From Schmidtea polychroa (taxonomy: Eukaryota), in NCBI GenBank assembly GCA_044892525.1, contig CM097886.1:78616001-78680000 (forward strand): a stretch of DNA of 64,000 nucleotides. The letters are read 5' to 3'. The notes beneath the pieces were generated by a model that was not told the DNA's origin, ran no database searches, and worked only from the letters and a program-made list of their open reading frames with translations. Shown piece by piece: positions 1-17,278 of the stretch; within the stretch, counting starts at the first letter, position 1, and the number at the start of each line of letters is the position of its first letter. The translations under genes and the position numbers were made by a program.

Positions 1-490
1 GATATTTTTGAGTTGACCGAGCTTATAATAAATGAAGAGAATACACTCGAATTTATACTAGAAGGGGGGCTGATACGACGTGTAAGTTACCTTGACGTTT
101 GTGGAAGAAGCAGGAACTTAGAACGTGTAAAATTCGACGCGGAATAAATGGGAGATGGCGCTGTAGTAGTAAAAGTTGCAGCTCACCAGAATCTATTTTT
201 AAGAATAGTATTTTTGAAGGAAATCACATGCCATTAAGCAAATGCCAACAAATCATACATTTAAGGACTATTTTATTGCCAATTACACAGATATCATTGC
301 AAGTACGGTACGATGAAGAGAGCGTGAAAAAACTTTGTTTCTCTTATGTATGGATGCCAGTTGATGTAACTGGTGTGTGAACTGCTCTGGAAATTGGTGT
401 ACCAGGTGAGATTGCTGAAACTGATGAAACTCGCGTGGTGTCAAGACAAGATGGAAGAGGGAGGATCCTAGTCGTTTTCGAAAATCAATC
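1..490 (+). mobile_element. Merlin (IS1595/ISXO2-like) transposase remnant
   Basis: Frameshifted translation gives DIFELTELIINEENTLEF..., WRCSSKSCSSPESIFKNSIFEG and EIGVPGEIAETDETRV, which match the Merlin Zn-ribbon and IGGPGxIVEIDE first catalytic motif. Truncated by the repeat starting near 476. Confidence 0.6.
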
Positions 491-681
491 ATAAATAACA
501 AGAAATTCATAATAAATACGAAATTTTGATTTTAATAAAAAAATTAAAATTATAACTTACCATCTGCCCGTAATATGTCCTTGCCTAACATAATTTATTA
601 TAAATGAAAAATATTTTTTAATTATTCACGTTTGAAAGTTGTGGTTAACTCATAAAATCATTAGACCATTTTCGAAAAAAA
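476..681. repeat. ~200-bp duplicated segment, copy A
   Basis: Near-identical direct copy at ~1720-1921 (ttttcgaaaatcaatcataaat...acttaccatctgcccgtaatatgtccttg...). Confidence 0.9.
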
Positions 682-750
682 TGTACATACGATACTTTTC
701 CTTTGAAAGGCAGTGTGTATATAATAAATAAAATAGAAATGTAAACTAAC

Positions 751-4699
<3,949 letters not shown>

Positions 4700-5618
4700 A
4701 ATGAATTAAACCAATTTAATATTTAAATTATATTAGTGATAATCTATCCAATATCCAAATATCGACAGTTAATTTTTACGTTTGAAAATTCAAAAATTTA
4801 AGAAAAATAAATTTAAACAATTAATATAAATATGATACTCATTTTTTTATTAAATTTTAATGTTTTCAATATTAATAATTATGGAGAATAATGAATTTTA
4901 TAATACTCTGAATTCTAAAAGGATGCAATAAAAAATTGATTGTTTTAACAAATATTTTAATTAATGAAGATAATATGGCTGCAATATAACTGAGATTAAA
5001 TTATTTGAGTAAAATGAAGAAATTACTTTCAGCATCATAACTTCAGAATGGTAAAGAAAATATGGTTAAGAACATAAAATAAATATAAATCAAATGATTA
5101 AATAGTTAAAGCAAATTACTTAAAAATTGTAATCACAGGAATTTCTTTGAGAATCGATTTTTACTTAGGTAGGATATTGAACATTTAAAAATGTGAGAAT
5201 GACGGTAATATGCTTCTTTAGGTATTGACTGATTTGTTGGAGGCCGGACATAGTTATTAGGTAATTATAACCCACTAGTGAATGTAAATATAATTTAGTG
5301 CCTAGATTTCGAGATCAATGTATACAGAATTAACCCAGCTCTTAACCCAGCTTTTATTGATAATTATGATAAAAGAAAATGGTTAATTACATTGACATAA
5401 GTTAAAAAATGATAGATTTAGTATTTGCAATATTTACACGGCCGATTGCACAACACAAGACATTTAACTTAACACAATGCATGGTATGACTTGTCTTTGT
5501 CTGTGTTGTCCACTCTTTCCCACCTTTTGATCGGGGGCAAGGGGGTTTCTCTATCTAGCTAAAATTCGCTAACAAATAGAAATTAATAAGTTGCCTTTCG
5601 CGTATTGTTTGCTTCAAT

Positions 5619-5995
5619 TGTTGGGCTGAGATCGGAAAAGATTAAATTATAATAATTTCCTTTATGTTCTTGCTTCTGTTTTAACATCAAATAGGTAAAA
5701 CGGTAAAACTGTCGTTGGAGAAACCCAAATAACACCAAAAAAGCAAAAAAATTAACTAAAATTAAAGAAAAGAAACACCAAATAAACAAGATTAAGAAAA
5801 TAACAAGAGGAGAATAATTAAAAAAAAGTAAAATTAAATTAAACCGCAAGAATTAACATTTAAAAACAAAATAGGGAAAATTAAAATACATAATATCACG
5901 AGAAAAGATACAAAAACACCATAATTAAAACAAAAAAAAAGAGCCAACCAGGATTGACTAAAATAAAGCTGTGGGAATAATGTAATATTAAACAA
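5619..5995 (+). mobile_element. LTR-like segment starting TGTTGGGCTGAG
   Basis: Starts with the same 12-mer as the 20460 terminus read on the minus strand, has a similar A-rich body and is followed by a gag fragment. 3' boundary and TSD not established. Confidence 0.5.
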
Positions 5996-6022
5996 TTAAT
6001 GTTGTTTTAATATTATGAAAAT

Positions 6023-6430
6023 GTGGTAAAAATAGAATTTGAAAAACGTTTTGTCTTACAAGCTATCCGGGCAATGGAAATCAACAAGATCATAATTGAA
6101 AATGTTGGAAAATTCGATGGCAAAAATACAGAAGTGGAAGAATGGTTCGACAAACTTGAAATTATTTTGGAAGCCAAGAATGTGAAAAATGTCATGCATG
6201 TAATGCCATTTTTACTTGAAGGGCAATCCTATGCAGTTTTTAAACAGTTAAAGAAAAGCAACACGACAATGGATTTTGGTATGCTGAAGAAGGAATTATT
6301 GAAAACCTTCGGTATGAGAGAGCAAGAATCTTTTACGAAACTTTTACAGAAAAAGTTATTAATGGGTGATAACTTGGATGTTTGTGTAAATGAATTAAGG
6401 TCACTGTTTTATGAATTTTTCATTCACTAA
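6023..6430 (+). pseudogene. Ty3/gypsy-like gag (capsid) fragment
   Basis: KFDGKNTEVEEWFDKLE...MPFLLEGQSYAVF...LKKELLKTF resembles retrotransposon capsid motifs. Truncated by a hAT end. Confidence 0.6.
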
Positions 6431-6539
6431 TTTTTCTAAATTTAAAATTTTTTACATTAAATTTATTTCAAGTAAATAAGTTTTTCATTTCTTATTAAAA
6501 GATTAGTAAAAGTGCAATAAAAAATTGCAAATCAAGCAA

Positions 6540-6616
6540 AAAAAAAATTAGGTGTGCCGCGAAAATTTTTAATTCAGCCAAGTGTGCCGTGGCTCAAAAA
6601 AGTTTGGTCTACACTG
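6540..6616. mobile_element. hAT (Charlie/SPIN-like) right end
   Basis: gtgtgccgtggctcaaaaaagtttggtctacactg is a typical hAT subterminal region plus TIR. No partner end identified. Confidence 0.55.
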
Positions 6617-7475
6617 ATATAGGAAATCATTCACGATGATGTAATAATATTAGAGACATAATTCTATTGATAATCAACGCCAACAGAATAAGTAAGATTG
6701 ATTTGGATATCTTCCACATCATAGAATTTTCTGTACCGTTAAGGGGATCCTTTTAGTTAGAAAAGATTTTCCGTAAATCTAAGACCATAATCCACGATCA
6801 TCCATTCGAGCGTAAATTGTTCATGAGAAATATCATCTGCCTGATTGAGAAATCGTGATTAGAATATCCGCCAGTGAATTTGACGTATCTGAACAAATTC
6901 GAGTTGGTACTACAATTGATCATCGGAATGAATTCGATTAGGCACAAAAATTGACACATGGTGACGAGTGAAATAACTGGCGGTAGATCAATTTCGTTGC
7001 ATGTAAAGTAAGACGACAACGGAGTGCAATGTGAATTGTAGGGAATAACCAGTAGGTGGATTGCTGGTTAGTGTGATACGATAATCAATTAGATAATGAG
7101 AATGTTCTCAGCATCAAATGATCAAACTTCAACAGCTACACGGATAACCTAATCGACGAACAAAGTCTATCGAGGATAAACCTGTCTGCCATGAATTACA
7201 TTCAATTAAAATTAATTAAAGTAAAAATATATAATTTTCTTTATTCGGTTATATTATTAATTAGTTCAATTTGGTTTACTGGGGCAGATTTCCCACTCGC
7301 TAGTTTAGATCCTTACCATGACTTCTATTCTGCCCAAAAGTTCTTTTTAGATTTCTCTTAGTGATATACCTAGGAACGTCAACAGTCGAATTATAATACG
7401 AATACAATCTTCGTTTTCATTTTCCTAACAAATCAAATCATGCTTACCAATCGTTATTTCTAATTTTTATAGGTA

Positions 7476-7880
7476 ATGACTACCAACTCAACGACCAAGT
7501 CTACTATCCGACCCTGCTATTCTTGCGCAGACAAAAATGCGACCATCAAGAATGTTCAATCTCAAGTCGGTTTGCTCAAACCTAAATCACCCCAGCCGTT
7601 TCGAGTGTCTAACCCTCCAGTGCAGTAAGCAAACCCCAAGTGCCGGCAATTATCGCGAGCCGAGTGTAAGAAGAGGCAGAAGGAACGTATCATAGAAAAG
7701 GAAAGCAAGTGGAACGCGAGTGCCACTAATGAAAACATCGAGGCATTTCCGATGACGTCATCTAATACCTTTACATAATGTCGCTTTATCAATGCCACTG
7801 GCATGATATGGAAGGAAAATGCATCCGAACTATTTGATTTGGAAGCTTTGTTCGCTGAAGCAGTAGCCGAAAAACAATGA
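7476..7880 (+). pseudogene. Decayed paralog of the orphan gene at 17279-18022
   Basis: One frame with two internal TAA: RPCYSCADKNATIKNVQSQVG..., RQLSRAECKKRQKER, GMIWKENASELFDLEALFAEA. Preceded by the acceptor tttttatag. Confidence 0.8.
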
Positions 7881-8642
7881 GAATGTCTTCCGCGAGATCC
7901 TATTTTACTTAGTACAATTTCATGACTCAACTTTCATGTCTTGCTCTAGTTATCTTTAATGTATCTGTTGTCTTTATTGTAATATACTGTAATAATAATA
8001 AACGTTGTTCTATGTGAGATATTAGTCTTAATCGCAATAAATTATCAGATTATATTTCCAACAGTAATTATGATCTATATTGTTTTGTTTTAACATTGGC
8101 TGATGTGTAGTAGTGTGTTCTGACAGTATGGAAAGCCCAAGATCTTCACGTATTGTCCTTCTATGATATCTCTCCGTCATGATACAGTACCAACATGAAA
8201 TAATGCATGGGTATCATGACGTGAGATCAGTCATTTTGGGTACCACTTAGGTTCAACAATTCTATGAGAGAAATTGAAGTGAGAGACCCCCATCCTCTAG
8301 ACAAAAATTAAAAGTCGATGTCAACACAATTATGAATAACTTAAGTGAGTTAAGTTCCAATTCCATGTTTATAATAAATAATATTGGGAAAAAATACTAT
8401 TTTAGGCTCACGCAGACGTAACCAGCTCAAAATTCGTCAGAACATAGCACACAGATACAGCACTAAGTAAAGTAAAAATAAAAATATGTAAAACATCAAC
8501 AAAACACCAATAAAAGAACCTACACAACACCAAAAGGATAAAACACAAAGATAAAATAGAATAATAATAAAAATAAGAAGTTACAGACACATATATAACA
8601 TAGCCAAATAACAAAAAGTAAACGAATTTGAAATAATGGTGA

Positions 8643-11435
8643 CATGCGCGTAGCCAGGGGGGTGCAAGGGTGCATTTGCACCCTTTCTTCCAGACGAAAT
8701 AATTGAAATGCTAGGTTTTTTTGTCCGAATAATTGCCTCATGATACATTTAATTGAGCCAAGAAGCTTCTATTTATTGAATATCGAAGATTGTCCTAATG
8801 GAATGACCCAATAAATTTTTCAAGGGACGATACAATGTAAATAAACAATATTATAGTTAGTGCTAGATAAAATTAGTTTCATATTTCGTAAAGTTGCAGT
8901 AAATAGCAACTATATTTTATGTCTTTACTTGCATTGAATTTTAACAGCCATGAAAAAACATCATCAGAGTTCGCTTTCCAAATTTTTTGCTAAGACATCA
9001 AAAGTTGATACGGAGGAAAACGATTCCGATCAAAACTTCGAGTGACCGGTGGCCGAAAAAGGGGGGTCTGAACAAAAGGAGGAACGTAGCGCCTTTCAAA
9101 GCCAAGAAGCTGATATAGAGTCATATCGGCGGTCACAATTAAATGACTCTGAAAAAATTGATGCTTTGGGCAAGCTTAAAAATCTTCCACCACACTTCAG
9201 TTTCCCGGCAGTAATGAAAGGGGCAACAAAGCGGAAATTAAGTTATCACTGGCTGTGTGAGTTTGATTGGCTGATTTACTCGGTAGCAGGAGATGGACTT
9301 TATTGCAAATTTTGCTTTTTCTTTGCGATCGGGGATCAAGTTGGATCACTGCTTGTCCGAACACCTTTCAAGAATTATCAAAAGTGCCGTGAAACTTTCA
9401 CTGCTCATGCAAAAGCGCCATACCATTTACGATCAATTGAAACAGCAAAAACTCTCTATGTAGTCAACAAAAACCCCGAAATAACCATTGAACGACTGTT
9501 GACGAGACAGAAAGAAGTTGAAAGAAAGCAAAATTTGATTCTTTTGGAAGGAATTTTTGACACCATCAATTATCTCGCTCGACAGTCATTGCCGTTTCGA
9601 GGGCATAGAGATTCTGGCGGGATATTTAACGACCAACAGGGCATCAACGACGGAAACTTCAGAAATCTGATTAGACTTCTTGCTTCGAGGGACGATTTTT
9701 TCCTGAATGCATTAGAAAGTTCGCCAAAAAATGCTACATACTTAAGTAGCACAATGCAGAACGAAATAATCGTTATAATTAATGAGATTGCTTTGACGAA
9801 GCTTCTTCAGAAAGTTATAAAGTCTGAATTTTTCTCTATTCTCGCCGGCGAGTCATCGGATGTTTCCGGAATAGAACAAATGTCGATTGGACTCCGTTTT
9901 ATCGACATTGATGCCGATAATATTGTTGAAGCATTTTTAATGCTCACGGATTTGTGTGATGTTACTGCCAAAGGACTTACTGACTCATTGTTAAGCGTGG
10001 CAAACACGATGAAGTTACGAATGGAAAAGTGTCGAGGAATTGGCTTAGACGGAGCAAGAGTGATGAGTGGAAGGAAATCAGGCGTTTCGGCAATGGTCCG
10101 GGAAAAATTTCCTCTGGTTACTTACGTACATTGTTTCAGTCATCGATTAAGCTTGGTCATTGGAGAAAGCTGCAAAGTAAAGCAGATAACCCTGTGTCTT
10201 GGCACAATTAAAAGCATCTACAACTTCTTAAACTCACCGAAAAAACAAGTTGAATTTGGCAAATCAATCGAGAAAACAACGCCAGAAACTGCTAGGAGAA
10301 AGCTAAAAAATACTTGCGAAACGCGCTGGATTTAACGACACGAAGCAGTCAACACATTCTTCGAACTTTTCGAGCCAACAATTGACGTGTTGAATGTAAT
10401 TTCGGAATGGAGTAACAACGAAGATAATGTGAAAGCTCAAGATTTTCTTAACACAGTGTCGACTTTCGACTTCATTATTACTCTTGTCACATTAAAATTC
10501 GTGTTCAAGTTCATCCTGCCGTTAAGTCGGCTTCTGCAATCACATTCAATAGATTATAGCACTGCCATAGCATCGGCCAATGATCTCATCGAGAAGCTTG
10601 AGACGGTTACTGAGAACAGCAAAGACCATTTTCAAACCTTATTCTGACGTAGCATCTTGCTTTGAAATTGAAATTTCATTGCTGAAAAATAAAGGAAGGC
10701 CAAGATTAGATGGAATAAATCAGCAGCCTGTAGAGTTTTATTATAGTTGTCTGTTCATCCCGCTGTTGAATTCGGTATGTCGAGAGCTCAAAGAAAAATT
10801 TCGAGAAAACGCAGTGCTTGCAAATTTCAAAAATATAATGTTCAACCCAGAGTGGCTGTTGAGCAGAGAAGTTCAGAACAGTCTTATGCAACTTTACCAT
10901 TTCTAAGTGGAAGATTTGAAAGGATCAGTGCAAATGTTTTTCGGAGAAGTTGAGATGTGGCAGAAAAGACTGGGAAATGCAACAGTAAAACCACGGACTT
11001 CAATGGAACATTTAAAAGCTTGCCCTCAAGAAATGTTCCCAAACGTGTTCCGATTGCTGAAAATCTATAATGTGATTCCCATAACAACCGCTGACGTCGA
11101 ACGCTCTTTCAGCAAAATGAAGCAACTTAAAACGGACGACAGAAATACAACAGGAGAGGAAAGACTCAACGGACTAATGTTTCTGAGCATTCATCGTGAC
11201 ATGGAAGTTAATTTTGATGAATTTATATGCGAGTTCCGCAAAGGAAAACGACGACTTGACGTGTGAATTCCTTTGATCAAGAATAATTGTTATTACCATG
11301 TTTAAATATACTTATCAAATTCATTCGAAATAGCTCTGGGGTTTTGAGGGCAAAACTTATTACAAATTTCTAGGACTTTTTTTAATAAAAAAAATATTTT
11401 GCATCCCCCCTCTGAAATTTCTGGCTACGCCACTG
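8643..11435 (+). mobile_element. Full-length hAT transposon (ZMYM1/THAP12 P52rIPK-like family)
   Basis: 8-bp TSD AATGGTGA (8635-8642, 11436-11443). TIRs CATGCGCGTAGCCAG / CTGGCTACGCCACTG. Confidence 0.92.
8950..11266 (+). pseudogene. hAT transposase pseudogene
   Basis: TTF-type Zn finger (LYCKFC), FRGH, YLSSTMQNE, YVHCFSHRL, ETRW, TTADVERSFSKMK. In-frame stops at 9043, 10333 and 10904, one frameshift near 10640, and ILAGE in place of the usual ILADE. Confidence 0.9.
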
Positions 11436-11761
11436 AATGGTGATTAAGGAAAGATGTGAACTGGAAATAAAAAGACTTCCACTAAATAACGTTAAAACCG
11501 AATTAAGAATTAAAACTATAGTTAAATGATAATAAAACGCTAGAATATTCAATAAAAATAGCGAAATCCAACACTGAGCAGACATCAGCAACGACTAAAT
11601 CTAAAAATAAAATTTAGAAAATTAGATCATTAAAAATAGTAAGAAAATAACTTGAAAATTAAAAGAAATAGGAATGATATACTAAAACTATTAAAAATAA
11701 AATAGAATATTCTAGAAAATGGCCATATCCACCAAAGGCTATGGTTTTGGTTACCTGTAAC

Positions 11762-14285
11762 CAGTGGTGAGCTATGCATGTCCCGCGGGGGCTCGGCAGA
11801 GCCTCCTTGTTAACTTTTTAAAAATTTTGTGAGCCCCTTGTTGTTCTTTCAACTGTGATTTTGCGATTCGTATCTTTTGCTATTGAACTTTGAGCAAAAT
11901 TGTTCAAAAAACTTCGCGTGGTGTGCCCTTCAGCTTACCTTTTTTATAAACATTCGGCGTATACATTTTAAGTACATAATTTTAAGTTATACCTAATGTG
12001 TTTTTATGTAATTTTATGTGTTAGTATAATTTTCTTATGGTAAAAACATTTTCGTTAAAATTGCATTTAAAAATTAGTTAAAAAACTAAATTTAACTCTA
12101 ATTTGACATTTAAATATATAAGAAATTATTTATTTTTTTAAATATTCTTAAGTAATTAAGTAATTAATTTTTATAGACACTAAAAATGTCGAAACAAATG
12201 TCGGTGCACAAAAAAGAAAAATTCAAAAACGAAAATTATAGGAAGGTAAATTATTGTCTGAACAATTTTCTAAATGGTTAAAAAAACATCAACTTGGGAA
12301 AATCAGATGAAGCCAGACGCGCCTAGTACATCTCAAGAATATGTGGCTTCAAAGGTCAATAATGTTTGTAAAAAAAGTTGTTTATTGGAAATGTTGAGGA
12401 TACCTAAATAATAATTTATAAAGAAATAAATAAAATTACCTGGGGGAAGATCGCCATGACAAACGGGACGATCTATAGAAATTCAGAAAAGAAAACGGAA
12501 ATGAAAAGAAATTAAAAATGAGAAAGAGAAAGGAAATAAAAGTTATCAAACAGGAAAATAAAAATCAAGGTCAGTACTAATTAATTAATACAAAAAGGAA
12601 AAGGAATTTTGAAATCGGGAAAAAGAAAAACAACAATATCCTTATCTCGACAGCTTGCCAGTGATAATAGAATTGATGGAAGAAGGCGGTCGAACAAAAA
12701 AAAAGGAAAAATGGAAAAACAACTTGACAGCTGTCAAAGATAAAAATGGGACAGTCGGGGAAAGCAGGAGAACGAAAGTGGAAAAACACTTGATTATCTG
12801 GAGTGCCACAAGAGAAGCGAACTATATAAGGGAAAACTGGTGAACATGAAATTAGAACAAAAAGGGGAACAAAATTAGAAGAAAAATTAGAGACAAAGTG
12901 ACGCGAAATTGAAAACGATTTGAGAGACAATTTGAGAGACGATTTGAGAGACGATTTGAGAAATAAAATTATTGGAGAAAATTAGACGTGGACGAAACGT
13001 TGTTGGACAAACGATTGTCAAAAATAATTGTAAAGGAATTAATTTTGGAGAAGAGTTGAAGAAAAGAATTAGTTGAATAATAAAACGGAAAGAAGTTATT
13101 GATTATTTGAATAAAGTTGTGAAGAAAGTCAAAGAAGACAACCAGCTCAAAATCCCAGTTTAGAAACCAATCAGTAATTTGTGATCTTTTAATCCGGTGT
13201 TATACACAAGTGCTATTCCTCACCGAGTGTTGTAATAAGCATTGTATAGTCACCAAGTAGAGTGTTGAATTTATTGTTAGTGTCAAGTGAAAGTTTATTT
13301 GTGATTATCAATAAAGATTTCTGTTGTCAAGTGTTAATTGTGAATTATATAAAGACACGCTTGGAGTCAGAGTAACATTAAATTTTATCACCAACTCAAT
13401 AACTCAACAGAAAGAAGATAGACTAATAGCAAGTGGTCGATATTAGTTCACACGAAATTACTTTTCTACCCCAAACGACAATCTTCAGAGTAAAATAAGT
13501 CTTAATTACAATGACCCCCTTCTTAGCCACCAATTAAGACAAAAACAATATATCTTCTTATAAAACACGGTCCAAATCAGGGCGATGATACAGACGTTAA
13601 GTTTTTGCTTAGTAATCCAGGACGAAAATTTACAAAAGATTGGTTTTATGCCAAAAAATTAAACAATGAATTTATTAAATAAGAGGATTATATATTCTGT
13701 CAAAGTAAATGTAATATCTTGCTTCCCTTGTATGCTTTTTGGAAATAAAACTATTACATTTTCACACCCAAAAGAATGTTTTCAGAACTGGAAGCACCTT
13801 AATCCCGTAATACCATAGCCTAAACATTTTTAAGATCATAAAAGTAATTACTTTAAATGGAAAATGATGGAGAAAATATTGTATCAGAAAATGTGCTAGA
13901 TGATTGCATGCTGAATACAGTAAAGCTTTGAATCAAATAATTGGAGAAAAGTATTAAAAATAATAATAAATGCCACTTTATTCTATGCGAAAATAATATT
14001 GCCCTTTTGTGATACGACTGATACAATTTGGAGTTCAAACTGTGAACCGATAAAATGCTACGTTCAAAAATCACATTAAAAGTCATATTTGTCACCAGGA
14101 ATACAATATGAAATATTAAATTTAGTTTAAGAAAAACGCGAAGCAAACTCATAAACCGAATGAAAAACGTTAAATATTATTCAATTTTGTTTGACTGCAC
14201 TCTCGATGTCTCAAGAAAAGAACAAATGAGCGAAATTATTAGATATGTTTATATTGACCCTAACGGCAAAGTTATTTGCTAAACC
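11762..14285 (+). mobile_element. 3'-truncated, degenerate ZMYM1-type hAT element
   Basis: Left TIR CAGTGGTGAGCT. Remnant peptides GRKFTKDWFY, YSVKVNVISCFPCMLFG, FQNWKHLNP and a DVSRKEQMSEIIRYV-like segment. Interrupted by a solo LTR. Confidence 0.7.
12392..13409 (+). mobile_element. Solo LTR (1018 bp)
   Basis: TGTTGAG...CTCAACA termini, 4-bp TSD GAAA (12388-12391, 13410-13413), AATAAA near the 3' end. Confidence 0.88.
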
Positions 14286-15329
14286 AATCAAAAGGATGTT
14301 GGGAAAGTTTCTGGCTGAGCCCATCTTGGTCCTGCACATCTCCTAAATTTTTACCGACTAACAATGCGACATAATACAAATTGATTTTATTTTGTTCATA
14401 ATTTATTAATGAAAATAAATTGATGATTTTTTAGCCTTGGCTTATTTTATTTTTAGCATTAGTATATATGATATATAATATATCTAATGATATCTTAAAG
14501 GATTCAGATTCAACACCAGGTTTCTGTCCTAGTTGAGCTTCCCTTAAGATATCTGCGTTATCATTTAATAAATATGTTAATGTCTCAAATTTAATTGAAA
14601 GCCCAACATTTACTGGTGATCTTAGATAAATAACAAAAGTCGTAGAACTATAAATATTTATTAAACAAAATGTTTACCAGACGATCAAAATAATTCGATA
14701 ACAAATTCTAAGCCAAAAACTGATACATTGAAAGTAATTATTATATAGAGACAAACTGTGAATTACTAGCAATTTCTTAAAAAAAACAGCACTAGTAAAG
14801 AAAAAATAAATCTTCAACATCATAGTGTGACAAATCGAAAATAAATGTTCCAAATGCGTTTAAATTTTTATATCTCTCGAACTTTTAAGGCTTAAAACGA
14901 AAACATTGCAACATTCGCCGGTGGGCTGGGTCTACTCAGGTATATGAATCCACGCACTGCCCAAGCTGAAGAAGAAGTAGGTGATGGTCCACCAACATTG
15001 TACATCTGGAGTAAGACGATGTACTTTAGTCTATCGATCTTCATTTTTAGAAATCGGATTTCCTCCTGTTTTCTGGTGTTCTTCTTTTCATAAAATGAAT
15101 TTCCCACGATGACCAATTTTCCCAAGTATAAATATAGTTTTCGGCCGAAAAATAAATTTATTTATAAAAATTTGTTTTACTTTAAAGATAAATCTATTGT
15201 TAAAAAATATTTAAATAATTTTTATACTTTTACTTTTTAATTTTATTTCAGTTGAAATAACTGGAATAAAATTAAAAAGTAAAAATATTTTAAATTTAAT
15301 TTAAAAAAATAAAATTAAAAAAAATATTT

Positions 15330-16707
15330 TGAAGTCAATGAAATAGAAGAAAATATTGCAATTGCAATAATTGTGAAACAGAAGTTAAACGAGGCAAAAG
15401 GAGATGTCCGAGGCTTTTTACAATAAATAAATACGAGTTCCATTTAAAATCAAAGCACGTGATATATTTAAAGTTGTTAAAGAGGTCTAACGAAGATATA
15501 GATCTGGGTAAATTGAAACAAACTACTTTTGTTGATATTTTTAAACATTGTAATATTTGGGAATTAGAAAATCCAAATTCAATAAAAATTTTATTGCGAT
15601 TGCAAAAATGATATCATTAGATTTGCAACCATATTCAATTGTCGAGCAAACAGGATTTAAAAATCTTCTTAAATTTCTTGAGCCAAGATATATAATTCCT
15701 AGAAAGTACTTTTCAGGTAATGTGATTCCATCGATTTTCGAAAATTTACAACTCAGTCTTTCATGTGCTTGACTGCACTTTGGGTTTCTGAGGAATTTGA
15801 AAGAAAAAGTAGTCTCACTCATGCAAGCCTTTCAATTTACAACATATTGATGATAATATCGGTATTGAATTTGAAAAATCATTGATCGAATGGAATTTAT
15901 ATACAAAATGTTCTTTTATAGTACATGATAATGCAGCAAACGTTAAAAAGGGTTTAGAACCAAAAATATCAATCAAATTCTTTGTTTTTCGCATACGTTA
16001 CAATTAGTGATAAAAGATGTTATTGATAATTTTGATAAAATTCAAAAAATTCTATTTTCCATTCGAAAAATTATTGGATATTTTAAGAGTTCATCTATTG
16101 CAAATAGTAGATTAAAGGAAATACAAAAAAAATCTTTCAATGCCTGTTTTAATGCCAATCAAGGATGTTAAGAAAAGGTGGAATTCAACCTTAAAAGGTT
16201 TTATGAAATAAAAAACGGAATTTTAGTTTATTTTTCTGAAATTTCTAGTGAAAAAGAAGAATTACTAAATCAATTAGACGTTAGTTTAATTGAAGAATTA
16301 ATAAACATATTAAGTCTATTTGAAGAGATTACAAGAGCTCTATCATATGAGAATTCAACAATTTCGGAATTTATACCTGCTATTGAAATTTTGAGAAAAT
16401 CAGCAAATAAAATTTTTTCCGAATCTATTAATAATGAAATTTCCTTTAAACTTAATTTATCATTGATAGCAAGAAGTGAAAATATAATTTCAACATTATT
16501 AGATCCAAGATTTAAAAACAAAATATTTGATCCAGCAAATTTTAATTTAGATTTAATTAAAAACGAAATGATTAAATATTTTCCTAAATTTGAAATCAAA
16601 AAACTGAATTAAAAAATGAAATTATTTTTGAAAAAAATTCAAATATTTGGAATTCATTAGATAATTTTGATTCTCCTTGTGAGATTGCTAATTTCAAAAA
16701 TTCTTAT
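15330..16707 (+). pseudogene. Ac/ZBED1-type hAT transposase remnant, 5' part
   Basis: IAKMISLDLQPYSIVEQTGFKNLLKFLEPRYIIPRKYF, a CFSHTLQLV-like motif, TLLDPRFK. Multiple frameshifts. Confidence 0.8.
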
Positions 16708-17278
16708 TGCTGGGGTAGTGCTTGGTTGACTCTGCTCAATCTACGTCCTTGTCTAGGGGATGCGTGTCCATATCAGTACGCTACATACGCCCGTGTCAAC
16801 CCGGAGCAGGACCCCGCACAACCTGCCCTCCAACATAGCACCCGCGAATTGCTTCACGTTGGAAATGTGCTATGCCGGCGAGACTCCAGTAAGCAGGTGA
16901 GCCCCTACCTTAGGACTACTCCTTACTGAGGCCTCGACTTCCCTTTCTGACGGCCGATGGAAGGACTTACGTCTGTTTACCTCATCAGATTCTCTCTCTA
17001 CCCTGACCCATTGGTCGGCACAAAATTGACCACTGCCTCTCGAACTCAAAATTTACTCTCGCTTTGCGAACACTACTCTGAACCTTTACCACAGCTAGTT
17101 AGATTTAAACAACAACAAGGTTTTAACCAAAAATTTCTTTATTTTATTATCATGATACATTAGATAATTATACACTACATAACAAGTACACTTGGTGGAG
17201 AATAGATTAAGAAGAAAAGGAGTCATGATAGTATATTTGTCCATTCGCACCCTGCACGGTTGTATTGTGTTGCGGCCC

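Noticed and set aside
8150-8300. Possible gypsy integrase zinc-binding fragment (EIMHGYHD...HFG)
   Set aside because: Too short and frameshifted to support a call.
14440-14620. Possible minus-strand exon (SPVNVGLSIKFETLTYLLND...)
   Set aside because: No recognisable homology and no consistent neighbouring exons.
16910-17000. Hammerhead ribozyme (CTGATGAG...GAAA on the minus strand)
   Set aside because: Stem II lacks the closing C before GAAA, and stem I does not pair.
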